A DNA stretch of 40,625 nt from the IMG/VR virus record IMGVR_UViG_3300034151_000034, positions 1 through 40,625 of that record. The stretch is one strand, 5' to 3'. Shown one piece after another: positions 16,581 to 27,231 of the stretch. This DNA is from a virus (lineage: Duplodnaviria; Caudoviricetes). A program made the position numbers and the translations under genes. Every line of letters starts with the position of its first letter. Position 1 is the first letter of the stretch. A model generated the notes under the pieces. That model saw only the letters and a program-made list of their open reading frames with translations, did not search any database and had not been told where the DNA came from.

Positions 16581-16588
16581 TCGGTTTC

Positions 16589-16867
16589 CTACTTGTTGAT
16601 GTCGCGCGTCAACAGAGTGACGACACGCTCAATCTGCGCCGCGTTCTTTGCAATTTGCTGCTCAAGCACCGTGATGCGCTGTCGCATTTCCTCCATGCGA
16701 GCCACCGTGTACTCGGCACCACGATGCTCCATGGTGTGGACCCTCACCTCAAGCCGGGTCATGTAAGTGAGCAGACTAGCGCCCCCCGCTGCCAGAACCC
16801 CAGCTTGCGCCAGCAGGAAGAACACTACGGTTTGATTTTCTTTGAACCACGAGCGAAGCTCGGTCAT
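16589..16867 (-). CDS. Single-TM coiled-coil protein (lysis region)
   Basis: N-terminal TM, C-terminal heptads. Confidence 0.55.
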   Translation of the reverse strand: MTELRSWFKENQTVVFFLLAQAGVLAAGGASLLTYMTRLEVRVHTMEHRGAEYTVARMEEMRQRITVLEQQIAKNAAQIERVVTLLTRDINK

Positions 16868-17256
16868 TCAGGTGGCGGCGCGAAAATTTCGTCCGCTCGA
16901 ATTTGGGTCAAGATGCCATCTGTTACCAGTGACTGCTTGAGCGCCGCCGTTTTCTGATTGCTCAGATTGATTGTATCCTCAAACACCACAACATCCCAGT
17001 TTTTGGCGTTGGGGCCGGTCTGCCGCCATGTCGTCGCGGTTGCTGCTCGATATTCCGCATTGGTGAAACGCCCAATCCAATCGACCGTAACCATTGTCAC
17101 TCTCGGCGGCTTGACGTAAGGGTCTGGCACACCGCCATCGGCAATCCACTGCTCGTACTCGATGCGATCCCTGTTGGCGGGATCGTTTGGGATGTTTGCG
17201 CCATCACTGTTGCGGATCACAACATCTGTGGCGGTGAGTTGATATTCAGCCATCAT
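16864..17256 (-). CDS. Tail fibre assembly/chaperone-like protein
   Basis: [35 protein letters not shown]; immediately after the fibre gene. Confidence 0.65.
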   Translation of the reverse strand: MMAEYQLTATDVVIRNSDGANIPNDPANRDRIEYEQWIADGGVPDPYVKPPRVTMVTVDWIGRFTNAEYRAATATTWRQTGPNAKNWDVVVFEDTINLSNQKTAALKQSLVTDGILTQIRADEIFAPPPE

Positions 17257-20252
17257 AACCTCGCATCAAATCTTGCTATGACAAGACCTTGCGGCTGCAC
17301 CGCCACCACTTGGCCAGAAGTTAATCCGGTGTAGTTGTTGATGCGAAACTCAGCCGCTTGCCCGTTGGCATTCACCGTCGTGACCGAGTTTGACGAGGGG
17401 TTGATGTTGCTGGAGCTGACAGTATCAATCGTTGCCAGGGTGCCAGTGACCCCGGTGATTGTCGGCGTGCCTCGCATTATCACCGGATGCAATTGCGACA
17501 GTTGAATGAATGTCGAGCCGTTCGCAAACCCGATGCCGCCACCATACCAATTGTAGAAATACCGTTGGCACAGCAATAATTCCTGGTCATACGGGCGCAT
17601 GATATATGGCGACTGTGCGGCGGTCGGCGCGTAGAGGCCCGGCAGCACGACAAGCCCCGTGATGCGAAAAATATGTGTCGTTGCACCCACACCATTTACG
17701 CAACCCGGTGCGGCCACATAGGCCCCGGCCAGCCAACTGTTTGCCGATGGCGCGACCGATGATCCATCGCCGCACGCCATCGTAAGGGTCAGATATATTC
17801 CGGTGTTGGTGCCTATCTCCCACACCCCATCAGTGCAGCCGGGAATGGTGATAACGTTATATTGCGAAACGTCGGCAACGGCTTGCGTATAGGTGAATGC
17901 ATACGAACGGGTGTTGGCGGCATTGCGAACGGTGCCACCGTGCAACCCAGTCCTATGGTGGGTTGTCCAGAATGCGATAGTGATTGGCAACGCCGAGCCG
18001 CTGCCCCAAGCCAAACGCATGGTGCGCCATCCCTCGATGGCGTGGATAAGGAAAACGTAATCACCTGAGCCCAGCGTTGTCTGAGCCGTTGTGGGTTGAA
18101 TAGAAAGCAGGTTTGGAATGCCGGGAACGGTCCCGACAGCCGATGCGACCGCAGCACTGACAGCCATCGTGCCATTGAAATACAACTTCCAATTATCGCA
18201 GACATAAGAGGCCGTGACGGTTGTTGCGGTTGAACCTTTTTCCTGGCTCACATCCATCGCGCCGTTGATTTGCATTCCGTTGTACGCCAGCGCGTAGAGC
18301 GGCGAGGCCCACCGCATCGGTACGGCATTCAGCGGCGCAATTGGATCACCGCTTAACGTCAACAGGCCCGTCATCGTGCTGCCAGACTTGGCAACCTTGG
18401 AATTTATATCCTCTGCGGTTTCGTCCAGCGCCCCTTGCACGGTTATGCTGTCATAGCCGGATGTGGTGTTGTCATAACTGACGGCATCCGCCGCGCCCGC
18501 CGCCTGAAACGATGCCCCCTCCGACCAATCCGCACTGGCATCGCTCTGCTTGAAGTAGAGCGTTGGCAGCCCGCCGTTGCTGCTGTCGCTTTCGACCAGC
18601 ACCGACATGCGCGAGCCGTCAACGTTTAGCTCAGGCTCATCGTCATAGGCTGCACGGCCAGCCAAGTCGGGCACCACATAGGTTGGGGCAAAGGGTTGGC
18701 CGGGCGTGCCCTCGGGAATGCTGAAATCAAAAATCGCGGCGTAGCTGGTGCCCACATTGGTGACGGCGGCATCCGTGCCCGGCGCGCCGGTTGTGGTGGT
18801 GCCTACAGCAATGGTGGCGGCGTCACCCTTGTCGCCGACCGGCGTCCAGTCCACCACGATTGACGCGCCATCGGGGAACGGGTCGGGCACGCTGGCGCTC
18901 ACCACCGCGATGGTGAGGTTGTGATAATTGATTTTGGCTTCAACCGCGCTCACCACAAACTGCAAGCGCGGCACCGTGCCGCCGTTGACAAATATCCGCC
19001 CGCTCACCTTTGGGTCGCTGTCCGATGCGGTGGTGATGGCGTCAAACTGATTGCCAACCGGCGCGCCGAGCGCGGTGGTGTCGCTGAACCGCAGCACGGT
19101 GGCGGATTGCTGCGGCGCGATGTTGAACCGCATCTTGCCCGCGCCGGGGTTGCTGTCCATGGTCGTGAGGCCATCGACCGTGTACGGCAACGCGATGGCA
19201 CCGCCTGGATTTCCGATGGGGCCTTGAATGCCCTGGATGCCCTGGATGCCCTGCGAGCCAAGATCGCCCGCGCGGCCAAAATTGACAGTGACGGGATCAA
19301 GATCGGCAAACGGCGCGGTGCCGCTGGAACCGATGACGCTCACGGAATATTGCTTAAACCCGGTTGGCGATGCTTCGCTGCTGACGGCGAGCGTCACAAA
19401 CTTTGTAGTGTCGGTTGTCTTGTGAATGCGGATATGGCCGCGCACCGGGTTGCTGGTGCCGAACGCCGACGCCAACACCGATGTGAAATCGAGGCCCCGG
19501 CTGTCGATCAAGTCAAGCGCCAGCGCGGTGGCGGCGTTCTGCGTTGCGTTGTTGAGCCGCAGCGCACCGCTGCCGGGATCGGCCATCGCGGTGCTGGTCG
19601 AGAACACATAGGGGATGGTGATGACACCGCCATCCGCGCCGGTCCCGCCCGCCGATGATGTCAAATCCCAATCGCCGGGGTTGCTCTCGGGCGGCTTGTT
19701 GAGGTTGTCAGCCGTGACGGCGATGTAGGTGCTGCCATTGCGGCCCACCACATCGTTGATTTGGTAGGTGGTCGCCGCCGACCATTCGCCGCGCCAGATG
19801 CTGCCGACCGGGATGCCCTGCGGCACCCAAACGTTCACCTCTTTGTACCAAAGTTTCCACGGCGCGGCGTTGGTCTTGAGCGCAAATTGCCCGTTCTCTC
19901 CCATCTCGGGGTCGGGCTCATCGCCCTCGACAAAGATGAAATTGCCGGTCGCCTCAAGCTCGGCGGCCAGCGTGCGCCAAAGCTTTTGAAGCTCGGTCAC
20001 ATCGTGCCGCTTCCAAGATACCTTCACGATGACGTAAGTGCTGCCGAGCAGCGAGGTGCCCGGCCACGGCGTGAGCAGCGTGATGGCGTTGAACGGATGC
20101 ACCACATCCGCGCCGATAATCATTGCGCCGTGGCCGCTCGGCCAAAGCTCATCACCCTCAAGCACGTCATTCCAAAGCACATCGACACCGCTGACGGCGG
20201 TTGAGCCGTTATCGAGTATGATGGTGCCTTGTGAGTAAGTCCCGCCGAGCAT
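17253..20252 (-). CDS. Tail fibre / receptor-binding protein
   Basis: N-terminal YSQGTI...VSG anchor, [15 protein letters not shown] module, two internal repeats, short collagen runs, C-terminal ELLLCQRYF module. Confidence 0.85.
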   Translation of the reverse strand: MLGGTYSQGTIILDNGSTAVSGVDVLWNDVLEGDELWPSGHGAMIIGADVVHPFNAITLLTPWPGTSLLGSTYVIVKVSWKRHDVTELQKLWRTLAAELEATGNFIFVEGDEPDPEMGENGQFALKTNAAPWKLWYKEVNVWVPQGIPVGSIWRGEWSAATTYQINDVVGRNGSTYIAVTADNLNKPPESNPGDWDLTSSAGGTGADGGVITIPYVFSTSTAMADPGSGALRLNNATQNAATALALDLIDSRGLDFTSVLASAFGTSNPVRGHIRIHKTTDTTKFVTLAVSSEASPTGFKQYSVSVIGSSGTAPFADLDPVTVNFGRAGDLGSQGIQGIQGIQGPIGNPGGAIALPYTVDGLTTMDSNPGAGKMRFNIAPQQSATVLRFSDTTALGAPVGNQFDAITTASDSDPKVSGRIFVNGGTVPRLQFVVSAVEAKINYHNLTIAVVSASVPDPFPDGASIVVDWTPVGDKGDAATIAVGTTTTGAPGTDAAVTNVGTSYAAIFDFSIPEGTPGQPFAPTYVVPDLAGRAAYDDEPELNVDGSRMSVLVESDSSNGGLPTLYFKQSDASADWSEGASFQAAGAADAVSYDNTTSGYDSITVQGALDETAEDINSKVAKSGSTMTGLLTLSGDPIAPLNAVPMRWASPLYALAYNGMQINGAMDVSQEKGSTATTVTASYVCDNWKLYFNGTMAVSAAVASAVGTVPGIPNLLSIQPTTAQTTLGSGDYVFLIHAIEGWRTMRLAWGSGSALPITIAFWTTHHRTGLHGGTVRNAANTRSYAFTYTQAVADVSQYNVITIPGCTDGVWEIGTNTGIYLTLTMACGDGSSVAPSANSWLAGAYVAAPGCVNGVGATTHIFRITGLVVLPGLYAPTAAQSPYIMRPYDQELLLCQRYFYNWYGGGIGFANGSTFIQLSQLHPVIMRGTPTITGVTGTLATIDTVSSSNINPSSNSVTTVNANGQAAEFRINNYTGLTSGQVVAVQPQGLVIARFDARL

Positions 20253-20701
20253 TACAAATCCTCTACAAAAAAGCAGTAGTTGACGCGGAAGCTGCTGAAG
20301 CTGCGGTGCTGGATGGTGAAGTGTGCGCTGTTGCTAAACACGTCAACCCGCGCATAGTTGTAGGTGGTGGAGAATGACGGAAAGCCTGTCACCGCAATTG
20401 TAATCCACGGCGATGTACCAACGGTGCTTGGCGTGCCGCCGCTGAGTTGCCGAAAGTAAACGCAGGCGAACGGCGGGCGCGGTTGGGTGGGAAAGTTAAC
20501 GACTTGCGTTGTCACCGCCTCGGAATTGAAAAACGGGCATATTTGATCGAACTGGCCGCGCGCGAGAATATGGAACGCCGCGCCCTCGGCATCGAACGCC
20601 AGCCCGTTGAGCGGTGCGGTGACAACATCGTAGCCGGGCAAACTCACCTTGAGCGCGCTGCGCACACCACCGCCGCCTTGAAACAAAACGCGCCGCGTCA
20701 T
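20252..20701 (-). CDS. Small tail-tip/fibre-attachment protein (paralog 3)
   Basis: LKVSLPGYDV...LAFD. Confidence 0.6.
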   Translation of the reverse strand: MTRRVLFQGGGGVRSALKVSLPGYDVVTAPLNGLAFDAEGAAFHILARGQFDQICPFFNSEAVTTQVVNFPTQPRPPFACVYFRQLSGGTPSTVGTSPWITIAVTGFPSFSTTYNYARVDVFSNSAHFTIQHRSFSSFRVNYCFFVEDL

Positions 20702-21114
20702 CCGCCCCGCGCCAGTACGACATATTGCAAATTCGCTTGGTAGTTTGTGACCTGATTGGCAAAATAAACGCCGCTGGTGTCAACGTATGCGGTGACGGCA
20801 ATAAGGCTTGGCGGAAACGGGTTGGCGGCTACGATGCCAATTTCAAACGGCATCGCCTGACTGCCGAACCCTGCGGCGGTGGAAAAATTCATCCAGAACA
20901 GCGGCGGCGACGGCAGCACTTGCGAAAACCCGGCAGTTGCAAAACCGCTTGCCGGGATCGCCGCGTAGCCCGCCGTTAACACTTGTTCCTCTTTGACGTT
21001 GCTGTGCAGTAGAAAGTTTGCAGGGTCGGGATTGGTGGTCGCATCAATGCCGGGCTTTGACAGAAACAGCCCATAGCCCCAAGTAGAATTGAGCGTTGCA
21101 AAACGCGCGGTCAC
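20698..21114 (-). CDS. Small tail-tip/fibre-attachment protein (paralog 2)
   Basis: GTGA-overlap start; LFLSKPGIDA...FLLHS. Confidence 0.6.
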   Translation of the reverse strand: MTARFATLNSTWGYGLFLSKPGIDATTNPDPANFLLHSNVKEEQVLTAGYAAIPASGFATAGFSQVLPSPPLFWMNFSTAAGFGSQAMPFEIGIVAANPFPPSLIAVTAYVDTSGVYFANQVTNYQANLQYVVLARGG

Positions 21115-21530
21115 AGGAACGGCTCGGCGCGATAGACAATGAAAACCCAATCATACGGGGTATTCCAATCGGGATCGGTAAACACTTGCGGCGGCCTTTG
21201 GATTTGAAAATAAGTTGTGGTGTGAAAGATCACATAAGCACCCTGCCAACTCTGGCCGTTGCCCCGCGCGTTTGAAACATAATATTGGCTGGTGCCGGGA
21301 AATTTGCGCGTGACAACCGCGAACGGCGGCAGGGAATACGCCACCGGGTAAGAATAGGATGGCAATGCGTTGATGCTGGCACCGTAAATGACGCCAGCGT
21401 GCAATGGCCTTTCGACGGGCGGCAAATTCGTGTCAAACGCCATCGTGGTGTGGTTGCTCGAGCCGAATACGTTGTGGCCGGGCCGCGAAATCGCAACACG
21501 GTCGGCCCCGACATAAATGCGCGGGATCAT
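21111..21530 (-). CDS. Small tail-tip/fibre-attachment protein (paralog 1)
   Basis: VAISRPGHNV...MAFD. Confidence 0.6.
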   Translation of the reverse strand: MIPRIYVGADRVAISRPGHNVFGSSNHTTMAFDTNLPPVERPLHAGVIYGASINALPSYSYPVAYSLPPFAVVTRKFPGTSQYYVSNARGNGQSWQGAYVIFHTTTYFQIQRPPQVFTDPDWNTPYDWVFIVYRAEPFL

Positions 21531-24500
21531 TCAAGCACCGTGGATGACAATTTGACCGGAGTTTAGGTTAATCTGCATCGTGCCGTTCTGAGCGTTAAGC
21601 TGGCCCGCCGTCACCAAGCCAACGTTGGCGGTGATGGCCGACAATTCAGCCACATCGAGCTTCCGTGCGGTGATGGTGCCGTCAGCGTACATGGCGGCCC
21701 GGATGGTGATGCGCGGCTCGCCGTTGATGGTTCCAACCTGGAACACTGGTTTCGGCCCTTCCGTGCCGGGCAACGCAATTTGAAAAACGTCCGCCTGTAC
21801 CACGAACGCGCTGAATGTCGGGCTGCTCAGCAACTTGATGCCGCTGATGTAGCCGTTGACGTTGAGCGTCACGCCCCATGATGCGGCGAGCCCGGTGTTG
21901 ATGCTGGCGACAGCGGTGGAAACCGTAGTGACCGATGACTGAATGGTGCCGGTACCGTTGGGAGCGCCAATCTTTGCCGTCACATCGGTGGTCAAGGTTG
22001 ACAGCGCGCCCGCAGTAGTAGCGACGGCCTCGGATACCGTGTCAACGGATGCCTGAATGGTGCCATCCTCGGTGCCGGGCTGGCCGATTTTTGCGTTTAC
22101 GCTGACGCTGTATTGCGCAAACGCCGCCTCGGCATCCGCGCCAGCCTGCGCCACAATCGCAACCTCGGCAGACACGTCACCAACTTCTTGGTGCAACACC
22201 TCTCGGGTTTCTTTCAGGTTGCCGTTCTGCCGCATCCGGTCGAGAAAATTCTGCATGTCCTGCTCGACGGCAGCGCGGGCAATCTGCTGCTCGATAGCCT
22301 GGATGCGATCGGTGGCATATTTGAAATCGGCTGTGACCAGCTTGGCCAACGCTTCATTGAAACTGTCGATCTGGATTTGGATGCTGTCGGGCGGGATGAG
22401 CGGCGCAAACGTTTCAAACTCGGTATAAACGGTCGGCCCCGCGTAGCCGGTTGCGCCGATGGCATACGCGCCCACCTTGACGTTGATGCCATCGACATGG
22501 CGCAGCACCCAAGTGCCGCTCGTGCTTTGGTCCTCGCTGACGGTTTCCCATGTCGTGCCCTCGTCATAGCTCGCCTGCACCACATAGCGCGCCGCGCCTC
22601 GAGCCCGGCCCACCGCCCACTCCATTTCCAGACTGATGGCCTTTTGCGTTGCCCTCGCGCGCACCCACGGCACCACCGGATAAGGCGGCAGGAAAAGATC
22701 GCCGCCGCTCGGGATCAACGGCGCGGGCGGCGGAAGCTCGCCCAGCGCATCCCATACGCCTTGCGCATCATAGACCGCCTCGATGCCGACCACCTCGCGG
22801 CCCTGCGGCGTCACGCTGTCAATCAGATAGGCGTCGGCCAATTCGAGCAGCGGGCCGACCAGCACGGTGGTCGGGTGTTCGTCATCGTGCGCCATCACTT
22901 GCGCAAGCGTCTGCTCAAAAAAGCTTTCCACCGCAGCGAGGTCGGCGGCGTCGAGGTTGATGATGTTGGGCGATGCGCCCGCCGTCACCAGGATCGGGCC
23001 AAATTCCTCGGCGTGCCGGTTGCGCAGCATGGCGTGCGTCGGCGGCACAATGGCCATGTCGGTGTCGAGGGTCAGCGTGTTGCCGCTGCGGGTCAGCACG
23101 CCCGCCGCCCGGGCGTCGGCCATGAACCAACTGTCAATCCGCACCGGGTCGCCACGGTTCACAATGCGGCCCTGCCGGTTAACCGAAACCTTGCGGCGCT
23201 CGCGCCGGAAATACGCGCTCGCGGCAATCCATGTGGCGAGGTGGTGCGCGTGGTCGTGGTCGCTCACGCCCATCAAACTCACCCGGCGCGGCGTCAGGCT
23301 TTCCGCACCGAATGTCGCGCGGGTGTTGCGCCGCCGCCGTGGATCGCCGCCCGGCGCATATTCAACGATAATGTCGGCGGCCCCATCGTTGCGCGATATT
23401 TTGAAATCGGCGCTGGTCGAGCCGCGCAAAACCTGGCGGCGGCTGAACACGTGCTTGCGCGTGGTGCGCTGCTCGTCGCGGGTGAGCGACCAAGTGTTGC
23501 CGATGCGCGCGGGCTCGGCGCGGATGGTGCCAAGCACGGTTGCGCCCGCTTCCCACACGCTGACCGGGCCGCGAATGACGCCATCAAAGGTGTCGTTAAC
23601 GCCGCCGAGAACTGAGGCGTAATGTTTGATGCGTTCCAAATCAACCTCGGGGTCGGTGAGCCCCGCGCCATAGTCGGCCTGCAACACATCCTTGAAAGCG
23701 TAAACGGCCTTGCGGGTCGGCGCGTCGATCCACGTTGAGCCGTTCCATGTTGGCAAAATGCGCGTGGCCTCAACCCATAGATCGGCAAACGCCGTAACGC
23801 CCAAGCCCTTGCCCGAGCGCACCCGTATCGCGATTTCGGTGACGTGCGGGCGCAAAATGGTTTCGTCAAAGTGCGCGCGCAGCCCATCCCACATCAGCGA
23901 ATTGATGATGAGGCCGAAAGCGTTTTCGTTGCTGTCGGTTGCCGGGTTTACCCAGTCAATTTGATTGCGCCCGCGCACCACATAGCGCCCGAGCGGCACA
24001 TCGCAATAGCGTGTGAACCGCTGCGCCCGCTTGGTGAGCAAATAGCCGGTGTTGCCGTGCAGGCCGACAAAATCGCCGGTTGGCACGTTGTCATCATCAC
24101 AAGGCGCGTATTCAAAATAGACGGACCACGTTGCGCCAACATCCACGCCGTTCGATTTGATGGTGCCATAGCAACCTTGCGGCAAACTGTAGTCGAGTTG
24201 GATGCGGGCGGTTTGCTCGCCCAGCGGCGTCACCGGGAACGGCCCCGCGTAGGCCGGCACGTCTGACGGGCGCGGCAATTCGATGGCACCGATTTCGGGC
24301 GCGGAATACACCGAGCCCGGCACCAGCGCCGACACCGCACCGGGCTGGACGATTTCAATATCGGTGCCGGTGCCGCTGTGCGTCACGCTGCCGCCGATGC
24401 CGGTGCCGCCCGGCACGTTGCTGAATGGCGGCACAATGCCGACGCTCTCATTCCACAGCGTGGCGCTGCCGAGCATCAAGGTGTGGATTTGATATTTGCC

Positions 24501-25169
24501 GAGGCCGAGCGTGCAACGCTTGTATAAAATCTGGTCCTCGCCGTCATACACCGTGTAATCCGGCTGGCTTAAATCCGGCTGCGTCCAGCAACGGCCATAG
24601 AGCAGCGGGATGCGGTCGCCCGCGCGGCCAAGGTTGCCGCCGCCGCTGACGCCATACACCGGGCGCTCGCTGTCGTTGGTTTCGTTGGCCTTGGCCTTGG
24701 TGGCGAGGCTGTACATATAGCCCGCGCCGACCACGATGCCCGCCGATATGGCGGCATTTGCGAACGTGCCGACCGCAAGCGCGGCGGGTGCCGCCGCCGC
24801 CAGCGCATATGGCGCGACCACCGCCAGCGCAATCAGCGCAACCGCTGCGCCGATTTGCTTGCCGCTCGATTGCCTGCCCGCGCCGCCACCGGCTGGCAGA
24901 TAGGTGACAAGCACCACGTCGCCGCTTTCAACGGTGGTGGATTTCCACGCCGCGCGCAGCACAACGGTGTGGTCTTGCGGGCGCAGCGTGTCGCCGGGCT
25001 TGTGCAGCGACACAATGAAAGGCCGCGATTGATTGGCGCGGCGCACCACGCTCGACAGCTTGCGGCGTCGCCGGTCGAGCGTGACGGTGCCGAGCGTTTC
25101 ACCGACAACGTTGTGACAAACCAGGCGGGCGGGTGCCGCGCGCTGGCGCGCTTTAATCATGCCGTGCAT
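21531..25169 (-). CDS. Tail tip attachment / host specificity protein J, with N-terminal gpI-like part
   Basis: 1212 aa; GDRIPLLYGR, FDGV..VWE, FN3-like region, coiled coil, C-terminal NVNGYISG...FVVQADVF...ADGTITARKL. Confidence 0.85.
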   Translation of the reverse strand: MHGMIKARQRAAPARLVCHNVVGETLGTVTLDRRRRKLSSVVRRANQSRPFIVSLHKPGDTLRPQDHTVVLRAAWKSTTVESGDVVLVTYLPAGGGAGRQSSGKQIGAAVALIALAVVAPYALAAAAPAALAVGTFANAAISAGIVVGAGYMYSLATKAKANETNDSERPVYGVSGGGNLGRAGDRIPLLYGRCWTQPDLSQPDYTVYDGEDQILYKRCTLGLGKYQIHTLMLGSATLWNESVGIVPPFSNVPGGTGIGGSVTHSGTGTDIEIVQPGAVSALVPGSVYSAPEIGAIELPRPSDVPAYAGPFPVTPLGEQTARIQLDYSLPQGCYGTIKSNGVDVGATWSVYFEYAPCDDDNVPTGDFVGLHGNTGYLLTKRAQRFTRYCDVPLGRYVVRGRNQIDWVNPATDSNENAFGLIINSLMWDGLRAHFDETILRPHVTEIAIRVRSGKGLGVTAFADLWVEATRILPTWNGSTWIDAPTRKAVYAFKDVLQADYGAGLTDPEVDLERIKHYASVLGGVNDTFDGVIRGPVSVWEAGATVLGTIRAEPARIGNTWSLTRDEQRTTRKHVFSRRQVLRGSTSADFKISRNDGAADIIVEYAPGGDPRRRRNTRATFGAESLTPRRVSLMGVSDHDHAHHLATWIAASAYFRRERRKVSVNRQGRIVNRGDPVRIDSWFMADARAAGVLTRSGNTLTLDTDMAIVPPTHAMLRNRHAEEFGPILVTAGASPNIINLDAADLAAVESFFEQTLAQVMAHDDEHPTTVLVGPLLELADAYLIDSVTPQGREVVGIEAVYDAQGVWDALGELPPPAPLIPSGGDLFLPPYPVVPWVRARATQKAISLEMEWAVGRARGAARYVVQASYDEGTTWETVSEDQSTSGTWVLRHVDGINVKVGAYAIGATGYAGPTVYTEFETFAPLIPPDSIQIQIDSFNEALAKLVTADFKYATDRIQAIEQQIARAAVEQDMQNFLDRMRQNGNLKETREVLHQEVGDVSAEVAIVAQAGADAEAAFAQYSVSVNAKIGQPGTEDGTIQASVDTVSEAVATTAGALSTLTTDVTAKIGAPNGTGTIQSSVTTVSTAVASINTGLAASWGVTLNVNGYISGIKLLSSPTFSAFVVQADVFQIALPGTEGPKPVFQVGTINGEPRITIRAAMYADGTITARKLDVAELSAITANVGLVTAGQLNAQNGTMQINLNSGQIVIHGA

Positions 25170-25598
25170 TCATGCCCTCGGAATAAAATAATCGGCCACC
25201 CAACCGCGCGCCGCCAATTCAACCCGGTTATCAAGCACCACGCCGTGCGGCTCATCGCTGTGCAGCACGCAACCGCCGTCGATGTTGAGATAGACGCCCG
25301 CGTGAATGTAGTTGCCCGCCTGTTGCGCGCTGCGCCGCATCAGCACCACCGCGCCATCCTCGGGAAACGGGATTTGCATCCAGTTGCGCCGCTCGACGTG
25401 ATGCGCGAATAGCTCGACATTTGCGGCACGGCTCGCAGCGATACCGAGAACGGGCGGCAATCTGCGGCGAAACAATTGCTGTTGCACGTCGATCACCAGT
25501 CGCCAGCAATGCCGCGCGTCACGCGCCCACGGCTCATTGATGAGGCTGTTGATATATTCAGCCGGTGTTTTGCAGGGCTGGGTAAAGTTCTTCATCAT
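25170..25598 (-). CDS. NlpC/P60 tail assembly protein (gpK-like)
   Basis: HCWRLV (catalytic Cys) and HAGVY...VLHS. Confidence 0.8.
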   Translation of the reverse strand: MMKNFTQPCKTPAEYINSLINEPWARDARHCWRLVIDVQQQLFRRRLPPVLGIAASRAANVELFAHHVERRNWMQIPFPEDGAVVLMRRSAQQAGNYIHAGVYLNIDGGCVLHSDEPHGVVLDNRVELAARGWVADYFIPRA

Positions 25599-26064
25599 AG
25601 GTTGCCAGAGGGAATGCCTGTAGCTCGATTTCCTTGAGCGCCACCGTTGCCTCGGCGCTCACCGCCGACAGCGACACGTCGCGCAATTCCATTGCCGTCA
25701 CCACGTCGCCCGGCTGCGTCAAGTCATCCGATGCGTAGGCGCGATAGGTCAGCGCGATGGGCTCGGTGGATTGCACCGCATCGCGGATATAGGGCAGCAG
25801 AAAGCTCGACACGTTGTCGATCCGCAGCCGCATCGGCGTCGGGCCATCCTCGCCGACGCCGGGCAGCGTCACCGAAATTTGCAGCGCACGAAACAATGCC
25901 GTCGCGCCGCCGAGCGACAGCGGTAAGCTAATGTCATCCTGCACGCCGGTTGCGATGCGTACCGGCGTGGCAAACGTCACATGATCCAACTCGATGGTTT
26001 CGATGACGCTGACGCCTGCCGGGTTGGCGGCGTAGGCCTCTTGCATCGCGGCGGTCAGGCTCAC
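25558..26064 (-). CDS. Minor tail protein, DUF1833/gpL-position
   Basis: MQEAYA...IETIELDH...LRIDNVS...YRAYASDDL...FP..Y..ELYPAL; GTG start. Confidence 0.8.
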   Translation of the reverse strand: MSLTAAMQEAYAANPAGVSVIETIELDHVTFATPVRIATGVQDDISLPLSLGGATALFRALQISVTLPGVGEDGPTPMRLRIDNVSSFLLPYIRDAVQSTEPIALTYRAYASDDLTQPGDVVTAMELRDVSLSAVSAEATVALKEIELQAFPLATYDEELYPALQNTG

Positions 26065-27227
26065 GGTCGCGCTCCCATCATCAGGAACAGCAGGCCGAGC
26101 GGCCCGGTCGGTATGGTGGTAACGCCAGTCGCGGTGCCGACACCGCTCGCGGTGCCAGCGCCCGGCACAAGCGTCGCGCCGCTGGTGTAGGCCGTTGCTA
26201 TGCCGATGCCGCTGGCCGAGCCGGTGACGCGCAGAACCGTGTGGCCTGTCGCCGTCGCCAAGCCGGTGCCCGCCGCAACGCCGCCGCCGCTGGTGACGCC
26301 GCCCGAAATGGTCCGCGCGTTGCTGATGGCGGGCAACGATGTGCCTTGCGGGTTGGTCGCCGTCACCGCGCAAGTGATGCTCGCGCCGCCGTCAGCCGAC
26401 ACCAGCAAGTAAGTGCTGCCGACCGCGCCGCTAATATTGGTGCCGTTGCGCCGCCATTGGTAAGCGTAGCCGGTCGGTGAATAAGTCCAGCCGCCGCTGG
26501 TGCAGGAAAGCGTCGAGCCCACCGTGGCGGTGCCCGAGACAACCGGCGCAACGGTGTTGATCGGGATGCCGTCGATGCTCAGCGTGTTGCTGAATACCAC
26601 GCCGGATGCGCCCACCGCATTGCTGGCGATCACCGCGCAATTGATGTTTGCTGCGGTGTCGGCGGCGACCACCACATAGGTGCTGCCGGTCGCGCCGGAA
26701 ATATTCACGCTGTTGCGCCGCCACTGGCGTGCGTAGCTGGTCGGCGTGTTTGTCCAGGTGCCGGGGCTGGTCAGCGTTAGCGTTTGCCCGACTTGCCGGT
26801 TGCCGCTAATGACCGGGTTGGAAATGATGCCGGGAACGGCGGGGCCCGTTACCGCCGACGATGGGAAAGCGCAAAGCCGAAAGCTGACAAACACCGCAGC
26901 CCCGCGCGGCTCGGCGCGGTAGTTGCCGCCCTCGATGTATGCGCGCCGCTCGACGCAGCCGGTGCCAAGCACATTCACCATCATGGTGAAATGCGCGGTG
27001 CATTGCGCGATGGTGTCGCGGGCAAACGCCTTGAACGTCGCAAACTGTGCGTGCGTCATCTTGATGGCGTAGCCGTAACGCTCGATAACGGTTTGCGATT
27101 GAGGCCGCATCAACTCGGGCCCATCCTCAACCTCGGTGACAACGGGCGGCGTGTAAGGTTGATCGAGCGCATGAGGCGGCTGCGCCGAAACGTGCGGCAC
27201 CGTGGCGGGCCAAACCGGCAGCGGCAT
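26061..27227 (-). CDS. Distal tail (gpM-position) protein fused to two Ig-like repeats
   Basis: N-terminal PVWPATVP...TEVEDGP..R domain after the TMP; two PVxSG...VGxTL...QWRRN..NISGA.GSTY repeats. Confidence 0.7.
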   Translation of the reverse strand: MPLPVWPATVPHVSAQPPHALDQPYTPPVVTEVEDGPELMRPQSQTVIERYGYAIKMTHAQFATFKAFARDTIAQCTAHFTMMVNVLGTGCVERRAYIEGGNYRAEPRGAAVFVSFRLCAFPSSAVTGPAVPGIISNPVISGNRQVGQTLTLTSPGTWTNTPTSYARQWRRNSVNISGATGSTYVVVAADTAANINCAVIASNAVGASGVVFSNTLSIDGIPINTVAPVVSGTATVGSTLSCTSGGWTYSPTGYAYQWRRNGTNISGAVGSTYLLVSADGGASITCAVTATNPQGTSLPAISNARTISGGVTSGGGVAAGTGLATATGHTVLRVTGSASGIGIATAYTSGATLVPGAGTASGVGTATGVTTIPTGPLGLLFLMMGARP

Positions 27228-27231
27228 TTAA

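Noticed and set aside
17253-17700. Diversity-generating retroelement target at the fibre C-terminus
   Set aside because: No reverse transcriptase and no template-repeat copy seen in the window.
22113-23615. 500-aa plus-strand ORF and similar long antisense ORFs across the late operon
   Set aside because: Shadows of clear structural genes on the minus strand.
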